Assembly: GCA_963815195.1 (NCBI GenBank)
Contig: CAWFGE010000017.1
Location: 192,001-256,000 of the forward strand
Reading direction: 5' to 3'
Origin: an uncultured Planctomycetaceae bacterium
GTDB lineage: Bacteria > Planctomycetota > Planctomycetia > Planctomycetales > Planctomycetaceae
Length of the DNA: 64,000 nt
This document shows, one piece after another, positions 62,660-64,000 of the stretch (its first letter is position 1; every line of letters starts with the position of its first letter). Both the position numbers and the translations under genes were made by a program. Below the pieces are notes generated by a model, which did no database searches, was not told the origin of the DNA, and worked only from the letters and a program-made list of their open reading frames with translations.

Positions 62660-63558
62660 ATGTCGCGCGGGGAGTTAATCGAGGAACTTCGCTGGAAAAA
62701 GTTCCCGGTCTTAAACGATGGGTTTGTGTGTCTCGTCGATGTGATGGGCGACGATGCCTCCGTGGTCCAGGCGGCCCGCGTGAGTTACGGAGCCGGCACC
62801 CAAAAGGTTTCCGACGACCGCACCCTCATCCGCTATCTCATGCGGCACCGGCATTCGACGCCGTTCGAGATGGCCGAGATCAAATTCCTCGTGCGGGTGC
62901 CGATGGACTGCTGGCGGCAGTGGATCCGGCACCGCACGGCTTCGGTCAACGAATACAGCACGCGCTATTCCCTCGCCATCGATGCCGCTCAGACCACGCT
63001 CCCGGGCGAATGGCGGACGCAGGCGACCAGCAATCGCCAAGGCAGCGATGCGCCGCTTGCCGAAGACTCGGGCCGGGCCTTCACCGAATCCGAACGCGAA
63101 CTGCAAGACCACGCCCGGAAAGTCTATCAGGAGCGGATCGACGCCGGCATCGCCCGCGAGCAGGCCCGCAAAGATTTGCCGCTTTCGACTTACACCGAGG
63201 CGTATTGGAAGATCGATCTGCATAACCTGCTGCATTTTTTGAGCCTGCGGATGGATGCCCACGCGCAGCAAGAAATCCGCGATTACTCGACCACCATCGG
63301 CCGTGAAATCGTCCAGCCGTTGTTCCCGTTGGTGTGGGAGGCGTTTGAAGATTACCGTCTGGGCGGGCTGTTTTTGACCCGCTTGGATCAGGAAGTCATC
63401 ACCCGCCTGACGGCCGCCGGCAGCCGGCAAGGGCTCGCCCGCCTTTTGACGAAAGCCTGTTTCTGGAGTCGCAGGACGAGACTTGGAAGTCTCTCAAGAG
63501 ATGCCGCGAACGCGACGAATGCCAGGCCAAACTCCGGCAATTGGGAATTCTGAAATAA
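62660..63558 (+). CDS. thyX: FAD-dependent thymidylate synthase; frameshift near 63437
   Basis: AARVSY, H.TPFE, RQWIRHRTASVNEYSTRY, AR..LP, HAQ.EIR; adding one C gives C-terminus ...RERDEC.AKL..LGILK. Confidence 0.95.
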
Positions 63559-63582
63559 GAAAGCCGGAATGAGCGCGGTCCG

Positions 63583-64000
63583 CTACTGCGGCAGTTCTTT
63601 GCCCTTGGTTTCCGGGGCGAAGATCAGGACCACCACGCCGACGAGAAACAACAGGCTGAGGATCGAAACGGTATCCTCCAAGGGCAGATCCAAGGCAAAT
63701 CCGTTTGTGGCTTTTTCCCACCAGTTGGGGTTAAGCTTGGGTTTTTCTTGCATTTTGCCGCTGATGACCAAAATTGGAGCGGCAAGAATCCGGCCGAAGT
63801 TGAAGCAGAACCCCGCCCCCGTGGCGCGCAATCGCGTGGGATAGAGTTCCGGGAAATAGATCGCATAGCCCGCGTGCATGCCCAGCGTGAGAAATCCAAA
63901 AATCGGCAGCACCGCCACGAGCACCCCGACACCTTGGCAAAGTTGAAAGCACGCCAACGAAATTGCCAGGCCCCCCAAATGGAAGAACAAAAAAGCCCCG
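63583..64000 (-). CDS. MFS transporter, C-terminal part
   Basis: YFPELYPTRLRATGAGFCFNFGR, APETKGKELP; runs off window end. Confidence 0.9.
   Translation of the reverse strand, partial: GAFLFFHLGGLAISLACFQLCQGVGVLVAVLPIFGFLTLGMHAGYAIYFPELYPTRLRATGAGFCFNFGRILAAPILVISGKMQEKPKLNPNWWEKATNGFALDLPLEDTVSILSLLFLVGVVVLIFAPETKGKELPQ

Overview
High-GC bacterial chromosomal segment. Gene content (DUF1501, giant PQQ/TPR beta-propeller, HEAT-repeat proteins, FHA-GAF-SpoIIE, multihaem cytochrome plus propeller pair, prenyltransferase-repeat protein) points to a Planctomycetota, probably Planctomycetaceae-like, genome. There are about 54 genes: hslVU, thyX, egtD, a pabB/trpE-like gene, PPK2 class II, nitrilase, SDR, Rieske oxygenase, MMPL, several two-component and sigma-54 regulators, and many hypotheticals. 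About 13 single-base frameshifts in otherwise intact genes are most likely long-read indel errors. I found no rRNA, tRNA, CRISPR array, transposase or prophage. The intergenic DNA is rich in several short palindromic REP-like families, including a 185-bp MITE-like element with terminal inverted repeats and a 6-bp target-site duplication. Best candidates for new biology: (i) a catalytically dead RpiB-fold protein apparently translationally coupled to a REC-histidine kinase inside a minus-strand signalling cluster that converges on a receiver-less sigma-54 activator; (ii) a HicB-like domain fused to a DnaJ-type zinc finger with no toxin partner; (iii) a Slam/T11SS-like TPR beta-barrel divergent from a secreted unknown protein; (iv) an orphan DotU/TssL. 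All family assignments are by-eye motif recognition; no database searches were run.
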